Below, piece after piece: positions 18,983 through 29,386 of a stretch of DNA of 64,000 bases. The stretch covers positions 81,644 to 145,643 of the forward strand of contig CAZJHX010000003.1 of the NCBI GenBank assembly GCA_964545715.1. The letters run 5' to 3'. This stretch comes from an uncultured Myxococcales bacterium (lineage in GTDB: Bacteria > Myxococcota_A > UBA9042 > GCA-2863065). The position numbers and the translations under genes are program-made. Under the pieces are notes generated by a model. The model ran no database searches. It saw only the letters and a program-made list of their open reading frames with translations, and was not told where the DNA came from. Positions within the stretch are counted from its first letter, which is position 1, and each line of letters opens with the position of its first letter.

Positions 18983-20101
18983 TTAGAAAGAGACTCGGAA
19001 GAGCTGCTGGCCCATCAGAAGAAGATCGCCGTCGAAGACCGCGGCGCTGCCCTTGATGCGCACGTACGTGCCGTTGGAGCTGTCGAGGTCCTCCAGGTAG
19101 AGGGCTCCGTTGCGGCGGGTGAGGGTTGCGTGGCGGCCGGAGACGTAGCCGTCGCCGGGGAAGGTGATGTCTCCGCGCTCGCGGCCCAGGGTCACGAAGC
19201 GGCCGCTCAGCAGATAGGAGTTGCCGATGAGATCCGGGCTCATGAGCTGGACGAGGCGACCCCAGACGCCCTCTGAGACCGGGCCGCCGAGCAGCTCGGT
19301 GCCGTCGGACGGGATCGGGTAGTCGGCGGGCGACTTGTCCAGGTCCTCGTAGCGGAGCAGCTCCTGGCCCAGGCGGAAGGTGTCGCCGTGTTGCAGCAGA
19401 GCGGGCTCCGTGATGCGGATGTAGGAGCCGTTCAGAGACTCGTTGTCCTCGACCGTGACCATGTCGCCGTCGACGGTCATGTTGGCATGGTGCGGGCTGA
19501 GGTAGACATCGTCGTCAAAGAACATGTCATTGCCGTCACGGCCCAGGGAGTTGACGCCCTCGAACATCTCGAAGGACCGGCCGTCGGACCCGTCCTCGTT
19601 GATAAGGACCAGGCGGATGCGCGAGTGGTTGCGCTCGCCCGGCTCGGCGACCAGCTCCGGCTCAGGCTCCGGGAAGCGGTAGCCGCAGAGGCCGCAGAAC
19701 TTGGTGCTGTGGTCGAGTACGCCACCGCAGCCCGGGCAGCGCTGGCCGTCGTCTTCCTCGCCGGCGGGCAGGTTCTCCAACGGGTCGGCCGCGGTCTCGA
19801 ACTCGCCCGTTGTGGAGGCGCCCGGGCGCTGATCGGCCGCCCAGTCGGGTGATGAGCCTTCGCCCCACCAGTTGGACTCGACCGGGGCCGTCTCTGCGGC
19901 CGGCACCTCGACGGTGTCCTGGGCCAGGGCCGCGACGTCGGGCTGGGGAGCCGCGGCGACGGGGTCGGGCTTCTTCGGCTTTGGCGCTGCTGCCGGTTTC
20001 AACTCTTGAGCTGCGGGTGCGCGGGACAGATCTCCGCCGCACTTCAAGCAGAACTTGAAGAAGCTCTCGTTGACATGGGTGCAGTGCGGGCACTCCTTCA
20101 T
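18983..20101 (-). CDS. Zinc-ribbon plus double FHA domain protein
   Basis: CPHC..CLKC and CPGC..CGLC; two GR..SxxH..NG[ST] FHA motifs. Confidence 0.9.
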   Translation of the reverse strand: MKECPHCTHVNESFFKFCLKCGGDLSRAPAAQELKPAAAPKPKKPDPVAAAPQPDVAALAQDTVEVPAAETAPVESNWWGEGSSPDWAADQRPGASTTGEFETAADPLENLPAGEEDDGQRCPGCGGVLDHSTKFCGLCGYRFPEPEPELVAEPGERNHSRIRLVLINEDGSDGRSFEMFEGVNSLGRDGNDMFFDDDVYLSPHHANMTVDGDMVTVEDNESLNGSYIRITEPALLQHGDTFRLGQELLRYEDLDKSPADYPIPSDGTELLGGPVSEGVWGRLVQLMSPDLIGNSYLLSGRFVTLGRERGDITFPGDGYVSGRHATLTRRNGALYLEDLDSSNGTYVRIKGSAAVFDGDLLLMGQQLFRVSF

Positions 20102-20124
20102 AGGTCGGCGACCTCCACGACCGG

Positions 20125-20153
20125 AGCGTAATTCGGCCGCATGGACACGTCAA
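20125..20153 (-). promoter_or_regulatory. Sigma70-type promoter for the FHA gene (divergent from the kinase)
   Basis: TTGACG-17 bp-TACGCT on the minus strand. Confidence 0.6.
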
Positions 20154-20170
20154 GGTAGCCACAAGCTTGA

Positions 20171-22165
20171 TTGATGCCGATCCATGAGGTACCACTCCAA
20201 GCAGGCCCATCGAGCACCACACCTTTGAAAGTCTGCCCCAAATGCGCCGCTGAATGCTCCGACGAGACAAAGTTCTGCTCGCATTGCGGGGAGTCCGTCG
20301 AGGCTGTGGAGTCTACGAAAGACTCCGGAACGCTGACGGGCAAGGTCATCGCCGGCAACTTCCGGCTCGCTGATACGATCGGCAGCGGGGCCATGGGCGC
20401 CATCTACAAAGCAGAGCAGATCTCGCTCGGCAAGACGGTGGCGATCAAGCTGCTGCACCGGCACCTGCTCAGCGATCCGACGTTGAGCCGGCGCTTTCAC
20501 CGAGAGGCGCGCGCCGCAAGTCGGCTGAACCATCCCAACGCGATCAACATCATCGACTTCGGACAGGCCGAGAACGGCGCGCTCTTCATCGCCATGGAGT
20601 TTGTCGACGGGCGCGACCTCGCCGAGACGCTCTTCGCCGACTACCCGATGAGCTACGACCGCGTGTTCAAGGTGCTCAAACAGGTCTGCCTTGCGCTGGA
20701 CGAAGCCCACGCGGCGTCGATTATTCACCGCGATCTCAAGCCTGAGAACATCATGCTGGAGGACCGCCGCACCGAGAAAGACTTCGTGAAGGTGCTGGAC
20801 TTCGGCATCGCCAAGATTCAGGACGCGACCACCGACGAGGACAGCGGCGGCTGGCAGACGGTGGCCGGCGTCGTGTGCGGTACGCCGGAGTACATGGCGC
20901 CCGAGCAGGCGCGTGGCGAGAAGCTGGACGCGCGCTGTGACCTCTATTCTCTGGGCGTCATCCTCTATCAGATGCTGACCAATGAGATGCCCTACACGGG
21001 GGACTCGCCCATCGCCGTGGTCACGCAGCACCTGACGGAGCCGGTGCCGGACGTGCTGGAGCGCGTGCCGACAGTCGATACAGAGCTGGCCGGGCTCGTG
21101 ACGCGCCTCATGTCCAAGGATCGCGAGAAGCGCTACTCCACTGCCATGCAGGTTCACCGGGAGCTCGAGCGGCTGGAGAAGCGGCTGACCGGCGGCCCGA
21201 CCTACACCGGCACGCTGGTGGGCGCCGGGCGCCAGCTGACGGGCCAGGTGCCTGTCATGCCCGACTCGGAGACCGAGATCGCTCCCATCGCCGTGCAGGT
21301 CTCGGGCATTCACGAGAACGCGACCGCCATTTTCGATTCTGACACAAACCTCGTGCCGTCCCTGGCGCGAAAGGCGCCCGAGCCCCTGGGCACGGAAGCC
21401 GGACTCGAGGCGGCGGCGCTGGTTCGTCAGCGCACCGCCACGCCGATTCTGGCCATAGCGGCCATCGTGGTGTTCGGCATCGGCGGCTTCTTTCTGATGC
21501 GCTACCTAAGCAAGGAGAAAGCATCGGATGATCCGGCCCCTGCCGCGGCAGTGGTTGCACTTGATACGTCCGACACCGCGGGCGTGGAGCCCACCCCGGC
21601 CAAACCTGTCCAAAAGCCGGTAGAGGTGGTCGCAGCACCCGACCCGAAGCCGGGCGGCGTCGTCGCGCCGGTCGAGCAGCCCGTTGTGGCGCCGGTGGAG
21701 AAGCCGGTCGAGAAGCCCGTTGTGGCGCCGGTGGAGAAGCCCGCTGTGGCGCCGGTCGAGAAGCCCGTGGAGCAGCCGGTGGAGAAGCCCGTGGAAAAGC
21801 CGGTGGTGAAGCCCGCGGGCAAGCCCACCGTCAAGAAGCCCACAGCCAAGCCGCGTACCCCGCGCAAGCCGCGCACCGGCGTCAAACCGTCCGGGGGCCA
21901 GAAGAACCTGGCGACCGTCCTTGCGGCCGCGACCGCCGCCAAGCGGGCCGGCAACTGGTCCAAGGTCGCCAGCGCGTACGCCGCCGCCTACAAGCTGAAG
22001 AAGAGCCCGAAATACCTCAAGGAGATCGGTCGCGCGCACCTGAAGTCGGGCAACCAGCCCAAGGCGTGCGGGTACTTCCGCAAGTTCATCAAACGCTACA
22101 AAGGTCAGAAGCGCATCGACCATATCGCTCGCCTTGCTCACTATGGGTGCGATCTGGGAAAGTAG
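20171..22165 (+). CDS. Membrane-anchored Hanks-type Ser/Thr protein kinase with N-terminal zinc ribbon, Pro-rich spacer and C-terminal TPR-like helices
   Basis: IGSGAMGAIY, VAIKLL, HRDLKPEN, DFG, GTPEYMAPE, DLYSLG; transmembrane segment ILAIAAIVVFGIGGFFLM. Confidence 0.95.
   Translation: MMPIHEVPLQAGPSSTTPLKVCPKCAAECSDETKFCSHCGESVEAVESTKDSGTLTGKVIAGNFRLADTIGSGAMGAIYKAEQISLGKTVAIKLLHRHLLSDPTLSRRFHREARAASRLNHPNAINIIDFGQAENGALFIAMEFVDGRDLAETLFADYPMSYDRVFKVLKQVCLALDEAHAASIIHRDLKPENIMLEDRRTEKDFVKVLDFGIAKIQDATTDEDSGGWQTVAGVVCGTPEYMAPEQARGEKLDARCDLYSLGVILYQMLTNEMPYTGDSPIAVVTQHLTEPVPDVLERVPTVDTELAGLVTRLMSKDREKRYSTAMQVHRELERLEKRLTGGPTYTGTLVGAGRQLTGQVPVMPDSETEIAPIAVQVSGIHENATAIFDSDTNLVPSLARKAPEPLGTEAGLEAAALVRQRTATPILAIAAIVVFGIGGFFLMRYLSKEKASDDPAPAAAVVALDTSDTAGVEPTPAKPVQKPVEVVAAPDPKPGGVVAPVEQPVVAPVEKPVEKPVVAPVEKPAVAPVEKPVEQPVEKPVEKPVVKPAGKPTVKKPTAKPRTPRKPRTGVKPSGGQKNLATVLAAATAAKRAGNWSKVASAYAAAYKLKKSPKYLKEIGRAHLKSGNQPKACGYFRKFIKRYKGQKRIDHIARLAHYGCDLGK
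21665..21845 (+). repeat. Coding tandem repeats (PVEKP/PVVAP) in the kinase extracytoplasmic spacer
   Basis: Repeated gcgccggt[cg]gagaagccc[gg]t units in the DNA. Confidence 0.8.
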
Positions 22166-22189
22166 CGGCTCACACTGGAGCCACCGCAC

Positions 22190-23158
22190 ATGAGAGCACC
22201 CGACTCTAACGCCACACATGACGGCGTCCGTCCCTTTGTCGGCGTCAATGGCCATCGCGTCCTTCTGGCAGACCGCGTGCGGACCCACGCGTTTCAGCAG
22301 GCGCTGGAAGAGGTCGTGAAGCCGGGCATGAGCGTCCTGGATATCGGGACCGGCACCGGCATTTTGTCGTTTATCGCCGCGCGCGCCGGCGCCGGCCGTG
22401 TGGTGGGCGTCGATCTGGAGCCGGTCACGCACCTGGCGGCCAAGATCGCCGAGGCGAACGGGCTGTCCGATGTCGTCAGCTTCATTCAGGCGGATAGTCG
22501 GAGCCTGGATTTCGGCGCGGAGTTCGACGTCATCGTCTCGGAGTGCATGGGCAACTTCTTCGTCACCGACGAGATGCAGCTGGCCTTGAAGGACGCGCGC
22601 CGCATGCTCAAGCCCGGCGGCTGCTTCATCCCCAACCGCATTGACCTGCACGTGGCGCCCGTCTTCTTCCCGCAGTTCAACGAGATCAACTTCTGGCGCG
22701 AGGACAAGTACGGCTTTGACTTCGGCCCCGTCGCCGATACCGCGCTGCATCAATGTTATGTGCAGGTGGTGCCCGACAGCCTGCTGATGGGGGCGCCCGT
22801 CCAGTTCGCGTCGATCGACTTCATGGACATGCAGCAGGATCTCACGCGGCGCATGCAGCTGGAGCTGAACAACTCGATCACGATTCACGGGCTGTGCGGC
22901 TGGTTCGACGCGCAGCTGTCAGACAGCGTGCTGCTGAGTACCCATCCACGGGAGCCGGTGACTCACTGGGCACACACCCTGTTCCCGATCGAGCCGACGC
23001 CTCTGCAAAAGGGCGACATTATCGACGTGGAGCTGTCCATCGACCACGCCGGCGACCTCGTACGGCGCGTGGCGTGGGTGGGTGACGTGAAGCGCGGTGG
23101 CGAGGTCGTGCACAGCTTCGATCACGACACCAATCGGCGCTTTGCCAACCAGCTCTAA
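22190..23158 (+). CDS. Protein arginine methyltransferase (PRMT)-like SAM-dependent methyltransferase
   Basis: LADRVRT, VLDIGTGTGILS, VVGVD, DVIVSECMG..DE, LKPGG, FW..YGFDF arm, HGLCGWFD, PVTHW loop. Confidence 0.85.
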   Translation: MRAPDSNATHDGVRPFVGVNGHRVLLADRVRTHAFQQALEEVVKPGMSVLDIGTGTGILSFIAARAGAGRVVGVDLEPVTHLAAKIAEANGLSDVVSFIQADSRSLDFGAEFDVIVSECMGNFFVTDEMQLALKDARRMLKPGGCFIPNRIDLHVAPVFFPQFNEINFWREDKYGFDFGPVADTALHQCYVQVVPDSLLMGAPVQFASIDFMDMQQDLTRRMQLELNNSITIHGLCGWFDAQLSDSVLLSTHPREPVTHWAHTLFPIEPTPLQKGDIIDVELSIDHAGDLVRRVAWVGDVKRGGEVVHSFDHDTNRRFANQL

Positions 23159-23742
23159 TTGAGGAGTAGTCGCCTGGCCAGTGCCAGCGTGTAGTCGGCG
23201 TCTGAGTCCCACAGCGCGTCTCTTCGATCGCGCATCACCGACCTGAGCAGGTACCCCGAGATCAGCTGCAGAGCGACCTCCTGCAGCGGAATCTCGGCGC
23301 GGATCCGGTCACCGCCCTCGCTCCGTACAAACGCGTTCAGCGCCTCTACAAACTGCGCGAGGGCCCCCGAGACCATCTCCGCGTGCGGGCTGGGCGCGAT
23401 CAGCTCACGCGCGATGATCTGCATCAGCGGCGTCCGTTGGGCGGCAAACGCCGTCAGGTTCACCACCACCGCCTCCAGGCGCTCTTCAAAAGTGCCGGCG
23501 CCGGCGATGCCCTCCGCGGCGGCCACCGTCAGCCCCTGGAAGCCGCGCTCGACCACGGCGCTGTACAGCGCGGCCTTGGTTTCGAAGTAATAGAGCAGGG
23601 TAGGGCGCCGTATGCCGGCGGTCGCGGCGATGTCCGCCAGCGCGGCCCCGTGGAAGCCCAATGGCCCGAACTCGCCTTCGGCCGCCTCCAGAATCCGCTG
23701 GTCGGTCGGCCGGCGGTTCGGGTCTTTCTTAGGACGCCCCAT
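23155..23742 (-). CDS. TetR/AcrR family transcriptional regulator
   Basis: RILEAA..F...GFHGAALADIAATAGIRRPTLLYYFETK helix-turn-helix. Confidence 0.92.
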   Translation of the reverse strand: MGRPKKDPNRRPTDQRILEAAEGEFGPLGFHGAALADIAATAGIRRPTLLYYFETKAALYSAVVERGFQGLTVAAAEGIAGAGTFEERLEAVVVNLTAFAAQRTPLMQIIARELIAPSPHAEMVSGALAQFVEALNAFVRSEGGDRIRAEIPLQEVALQLISGYLLRSVMRDRRDALWDSDADYTLALARRLLLN

Positions 23743-24808
23743 CAGTGGCAGCGTAAGCCATGTCGCGCGGCGGGTCGATAGCGCGCAGACGCTCCACCCG
23801 CTCGTCCATCACCCGGCGCCAAAGCGGCGGCGCGAGCGCGATGAGAAACATCGTGGCGTAGCCCGCCGGCAGCTGCGGCGCGTGGGCGTGGTGCCGCAGA
23901 ATCGGGTACTCGCGGCTGGCCAGAAAGTGGTGATCAGAGTGCCGCGGCAGCCCGAAGAGCAGGCGTCCGGTGATGGCGTGGGCCGAGTTCCAGCTGTGCT
24001 CCGGCTGCGTGCGCTCGTACCTGCCGTTTGCGTCGCGCTTGCGCTGCAGACCGTAGTGCTCGATGTAGTTGATGACCTCCAGCATGACGATCGCGACGAC
24101 GCTCTGCGCCGCGAAGAGCAGCAGCCCGAGCGCGCCGCCGATCCAGGACGCCAGCGCCCCTGCGACGACGAGGTTCAGTGCATACCGCACGCGACGATCG
24201 TGCAGCGTGCCGGTTGCGCCGCGCTTGCCGGCCAGACGCGCCTCGATGGCGGCGAAGCTGCTTACACCGCCCAGGATGCTGCGAGGGACAAAGCCGTAGA
24301 CGGTCTCGCCCAGGCGCGCCGTGGCCGGATCCTCCTCGGTCGCGACCCGCTTGTGGTGGCCGTGAACGTGCTCGACGCAGAAGTGCGGGTAGCTCACAGC
24401 GGTCATCAGAACCTCGGCGAGCGCGCGGTCCATGGCGGGCCGTCGGTGCATCAGCTCGTGCGCCGCGTTGATCCCCACGCCGCCGGTGACCCCGACTGCG
24501 AGGATCAGGCCGACGAGCTCCACCGCGGAGAGTCCGCCGCCGGCCACCGTGATCAGGGCGGCGATCAGCACCGTGAGCTGCAGCGGCACCCAGCCCCGGA
24601 CCACACGCCGGAACCAGGGGTCTGCGGCCCGGTCGGCTTCTTGCTGTGCCGTGGGGTTGACCTCGTCGTCACCAACGCTCTCGTCCACAAACGGAACCAG
24701 GACGAAGACGAACAGCACGGGGGCGAGCGTCCACAGGCCGCCTGCCCACAAACCTGCCAGAGCCGAGAGCGGGACGAGATAGGCCACCGAGTAGTGCACA
24801 GCTTTCAT
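23729..24808 (-). CDS. alkB: Alkane 1-monooxygenase (membrane di-iron hydroxylase)
   Basis: His boxes HELMH, EHVHGHH, NYIEHYG, HSDHH; DPATARLGE; HSWNS; PQLPAGY. Confidence 0.9.
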   Translation of the reverse strand: MKAVHYSVAYLVPLSALAGLWAGGLWTLAPVLFVFVLVPFVDESVGDDEVNPTAQQEADRAADPWFRRVVRGWVPLQLTVLIAALITVAGGGLSAVELVGLILAVGVTGGVGINAAHELMHRRPAMDRALAEVLMTAVSYPHFCVEHVHGHHKRVATEEDPATARLGETVYGFVPRSILGGVSSFAAIEARLAGKRGATGTLHDRRVRYALNLVVAGALASWIGGALGLLLFAAQSVVAIVMLEVINYIEHYGLQRKRDANGRYERTQPEHSWNSAHAITGRLLFGLPRHSDHHFLASREYPILRHHAHAPQLPAGYATMFLIALAPPLWRRVMDERVERLRAIDPPRDMAYAATDGAS

Positions 24809-24826
24809 GAGTACCTCCAGGGGCTT

Positions 24827-24846
24827 TATCTACTGAGTGGTAGATA
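24827..24846. promoter_or_regulatory. Palindromic operator upstream of alkB (candidate TetR site)
   Basis: TATCTAC-TGAGTG-GTAGATA, perfect 7-bp arms with a 6-bp spacer, just upstream of the alkB GGAGG. Confidence 0.65.
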
Positions 24847-24863
24847 TTGTCCAGGGGTTTCTT

Positions 24864-25412
24864 TCAGCTGCCGCCTTTCCAGAGGCGCGCGATCGACGCA
24901 TGTGAAGGGTTTTCGGTGTCCGACTTCGTGCAGACATATTGGCTGCATTCCAGGGGCCGAGCCCCGTAGATCCGGCAGCCCTCGCCGTTGAAGAACACAC
25001 ACGTCCCGCGCAGCACCCGATACAGCTCGTCGGCACGCGTCCCGGGCGGTAGGGCCGGCTCGCCGTTACGGTCCAGCTTCACCGGTGCAAACACCTCCAC
25101 CGGCTCGCCGTCCACGTCGATGCTGTCGATGATCAGGAAACGTCGCACAAAGGCGTCCGGGCTCATCTCCGACAGCGCCGCGGCTTTTTCGACCTCGCCC
25201 GGCGCAAACCAGCCGGGACTGGACCGACAACAGATGCCCCGCCGGATGCAGCCGCGCGCCGGGTCCGGATGGGGCGCCGGCTCCTCACTGAGCCAGTATG
25301 GATTGGTGGCTTCCCCGGCGTCTGGACGGTGCTCGATCCGCTCGTCCAGAATTCGGAACTTCTTTTCCTGCTCAGTTTTCACCGTTGTCTGGACGATACC
25401 ACGGGCAGGCAT
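24864..25412 (-). CDS. YkgJ family cysteine-cluster protein
   Basis: CIRRGICC, CVFFNGEGCRIYGARPLECSQYVC. Start uncertain (GTG 25382 possible). Confidence 0.75.
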   Translation of the reverse strand: MPARGIVQTTVKTEQEKKFRILDERIEHRPDAGEATNPYWLSEEPAPHPDPARGCIRRGICCRSSPGWFAPGEVEKAAALSEMSPDAFVRRFLIIDSIDVDGEPVEVFAPVKLDRNGEPALPPGTRADELYRVLRGTCVFFNGEGCRIYGARPLECSQYVCTKSDTENPSHASIARLWKGGS

Positions 25413-25450
25413 TACGATTTGCCCAACCCATCAGCGAGTCGAGAGGAAGC

Positions 25451-25846
25451 ATGTCGGACAAGCCGAGGAAGGATCGCCGTCGAAGCCCACGCGTCAAGGC
25501 AGAGCACGATGTGACGCTGCAAGAAGACTCAACCGAGGCCATACCCTTCTACGCCAAGTCGGCGGACCTCAACCTGGGCGGCATCTACTGCACGCTGGGC
25601 CGGCACACGCCGCTGTTCTCCAAGATGAGCATCACGCTGAACCTGCCCGTGATGGATGACGAGGGCGAGACCCGCGTGATCGAGTGCGCGCTGGACGGCG
25701 TCGTCGTGCGTATCGAGCCCGAAGAGCCGACCGCAGGCTGCGAGGAGTATCACTGCGCGCTGGCGTTCGTGAACACCGACGAGGACGTCGAGCTTCTGCT
25801 GGCGAAGTACCTGCTGCAGACAATGGTCCGCGGCGAGGTCAATTAG
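25451..25846 (+). CDS. PilZ domain protein
   Basis: MSDKPRKDRRRSPRV (RxxxR), DLNLGG, GVVVRIEP, ALAF; AGAGG upstream of ATG 25451. Confidence 0.8.
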   Translation: MSDKPRKDRRRSPRVKAEHDVTLQEDSTEAIPFYAKSADLNLGGIYCTLGRHTPLFSKMSITLNLPVMDDEGETRVIECALDGVVVRIEPEEPTAGCEEYHCALAFVNTDEDVELLLAKYLLQTMVRGEVN

Positions 25847-26625
25847 GTAATCTCGACCCGCACGAGCTGCTTGCCGAGGAAGAGATAGTCGCCGTTCTGC
25901 AGGCCGACCTCTTCACGCACCCGATAATACGTTCCGTTCTTGGAGTCGGTGTCTTCCAGATAGAAGACGCCTTCGCCCATCACCACGCGCGCGTGGTAGT
26001 GGCTCATGAAGCGGTCCGTCGGGAAGTTGAGGTCGCAGTCCTCGCGCCCCACCGTCAGGTTGCCGTTCTCCACGCATCGGACCTCGCCGGTGCGGGCCCG
26101 CGTCAGCACCTGCATGACCTGATATTTCCACGCCCACAGCTGTGGAGTGCCGCAGAAGCACGTCTCCTCGACCCATCGCTCGGCGATCTTGTCGGGGAAG
26201 GTGTGGAACTGGAACATCTGCTCGCCGCACACAAATCGGTCGCCGTCGTGCAGGGGGATGCGACCGCGCAGGCGGATGAACGTGCCGTTGGCGCTGCCCA
26301 TGTCCTGCATGTAGAGCCGGCCTTCCTTGTAATAGAAGTTGGCGTGCTCAGGGGATACGGTCGGGTCATCCGGAAACAAGATCGTCCCGCGGGTGCGCCC
26401 ACAGACGTGCTCGTTGGAGTTCAGGTAGTAGCTGGCGCCGTCTCCACCGCTGCCGCGCAGCAGGACCAGGCGCGCCTTTCGCTTGACGGGTGACGCCTCG
26501 AAAAACGCCGTCTCCGGCGGCTCGGCGTCAACCTGCAGCCCCTCCAGACGGGTCCCGCACACCCCGCAAAACCGGTGACCGGGCGGGACAGGACTTTCGC
26601 AGTTGGGGCACGTCGTCACACTCAT
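25843..26625 (-). CDS. Zinc-ribbon plus double FHA domain protein
   Basis: CPNC..CGVC; GRTRG..SPEHA..SANGT and GREDC..SHYHA..SKNGT. Confidence 0.9.
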   Translation of the reverse strand: MSVTTCPNCESPVPPGHRFCGVCGTRLEGLQVDAEPPETAFFEASPVKRKARLVLLRGSGGDGASYYLNSNEHVCGRTRGTILFPDDPTVSPEHANFYYKEGRLYMQDMGSANGTFIRLRGRIPLHDGDRFVCGEQMFQFHTFPDKIAERWVEETCFCGTPQLWAWKYQVMQVLTRARTGEVRCVENGNLTVGREDCDLNFPTDRFMSHYHARVVMGEGVFYLEDTDSKNGTYYRVREEVGLQNGDYLFLGKQLVRVEIT

Positions 26626-26633
26626 GCCGCAGG

Positions 26634-26662
26634 ATAATAGCCGAGTTTAAAACGCGTTCCAA
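26634..26662 (-). promoter_or_regulatory. Sigma70-like promoter for the second FHA gene
   Basis: TTGGAA-17 bp-TATTAT, ending 8 nt before ATG 26625. Confidence 0.55.
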
Positions 26663-26680
26663 GAGCACCCGGTACGCGAT

Positions 26681-27766
26681 TTACCCGCGCTTGGTCGGAC
26701 CGAAGACCGACAGCCCGGTGCGTCCTTTAATTTCTTTTGTTTCAGGTAGTTGTAGTCGGAACTGGCTGCGGTTGTAGAAGTTCATGGGCTGGATGAAGAG
26801 CTGCAGCACACTGCGAATGAACTTGGGCACCTCGCCCAGCACGTCCTCGCGGTACAGCAGTTTGCCGGTCTTGACCTCCAGCGTGATGCCGTCCGCCGTG
26901 ACCCGATATCGGGTCGGCACTTTATGGCCTTTATTGGTCCGAGTCTTGAGCACGGTCGCATGTGCGTTGAGAGAGTGGGCTACGACTTTGCCGCCCTTCG
27001 TGACGACGAGCCAGCCGAAACGCTCCTCAGCCCAGTCCTTCGGTGTCGCAATCTCCATAAAGGTGACGCGATGGCCCTTGGCGCGTCCGGTGAAGCGCAG
27101 CATGAAATGCGCAAGCTTCTGGGGCGAGACCGTCGTGGCTGCATGCTCACCCGAGCACGTGCCTTTGAAGGTCTGCCACTCCCCATTGTGCGTGCGCTCG
27201 CGACCGGTCAGGCGCCCGCCGGTCGGCAGCGTGTGAAGCTTCAGCACGCCGGCCCCGGGAAAGCTCACCTTGCCGTTGCCGGGGCGCCAGGACTTCGATC
27301 GCGGCTTACACACGAACTCCAGCTCGTAGCCCCAGGCCGTCATGTAGCCCTCGATACCCTTGCTGGTCTTGCGCAGCGTGTTTTTTGCAATGCGGATGTC
27401 GAGACCCGACGTCTTCGCCGCCCAGTCGCCTTTCGGGGCGCGCTTGGGCCACCGATAGAACTCGGGCTTGCCCGTCGGCTCCGCCAGCGGCGGCGCATAT
27501 CGCATGATGTCGATCGTGGCGTGTCCGTCGCCCGGGCCCAGGTTGGTCAGAACGTAGCTGGCCTGCATCCACGCGCCGCCCTTGCGCTCCAGCGTGATCA
27601 GCCAACGCTCCAGGTAGGCTTCTTTGCCCTTGAACCGCTCGTGGTGGCTGCCGAGGTCCGCCTTTCCGACAGTCGACGATGCTTTGGTAAAGCCTGTGAC
27701 GCGGTCGGCGTGTGCCGGTGACGGGAGAGAGAAAACGATGATGATCAACAAGGACGCTAAGCGCAT
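26681..27766 (-). CDS. Secreted hypothetical protein (beta-rich, possibly lipocalin/AttH-like)
   Basis: Signal peptide MRLASLLIIIVFSLPSPAHA; 361 aa; the fold guess is weak. Confidence 0.65.
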   Translation of the reverse strand: MRLASLLIIIVFSLPSPAHADRVTGFTKASSTVGKADLGSHHERFKGKEAYLERWLITLERKGGAWMQASYVLTNLGPGDGHATIDIMRYAPPLAEPTGKPEFYRWPKRAPKGDWAAKTSGLDIRIAKNTLRKTSKGIEGYMTAWGYELEFVCKPRSKSWRPGNGKVSFPGAGVLKLHTLPTGGRLTGRERTHNGEWQTFKGTCSGEHAATTVSPQKLAHFMLRFTGRAKGHRVTFMEIATPKDWAEERFGWLVVTKGGKVVAHSLNAHATVLKTRTNKGHKVPTRYRVTADGITLEVKTGKLLYREDVLGEVPKFIRSVLQLFIQPMNFYNRSQFRLQLPETKEIKGRTGLSVFGPTKRG

Positions 27767-27807
27767 CGAGATAGGATAGCGGACACCCTACGAATCATGA
27801 TAGTCGA

Positions 27808-29379
<1,572 letters not shown>

Positions 29380-29386
29380 GAGGCTG

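Noticed and set aside
21665-21845. Direct repeats as a possible CRISPR array
   Set aside because: In-frame coding repeats (PVEKP) with no unique spacers and no cas genes.
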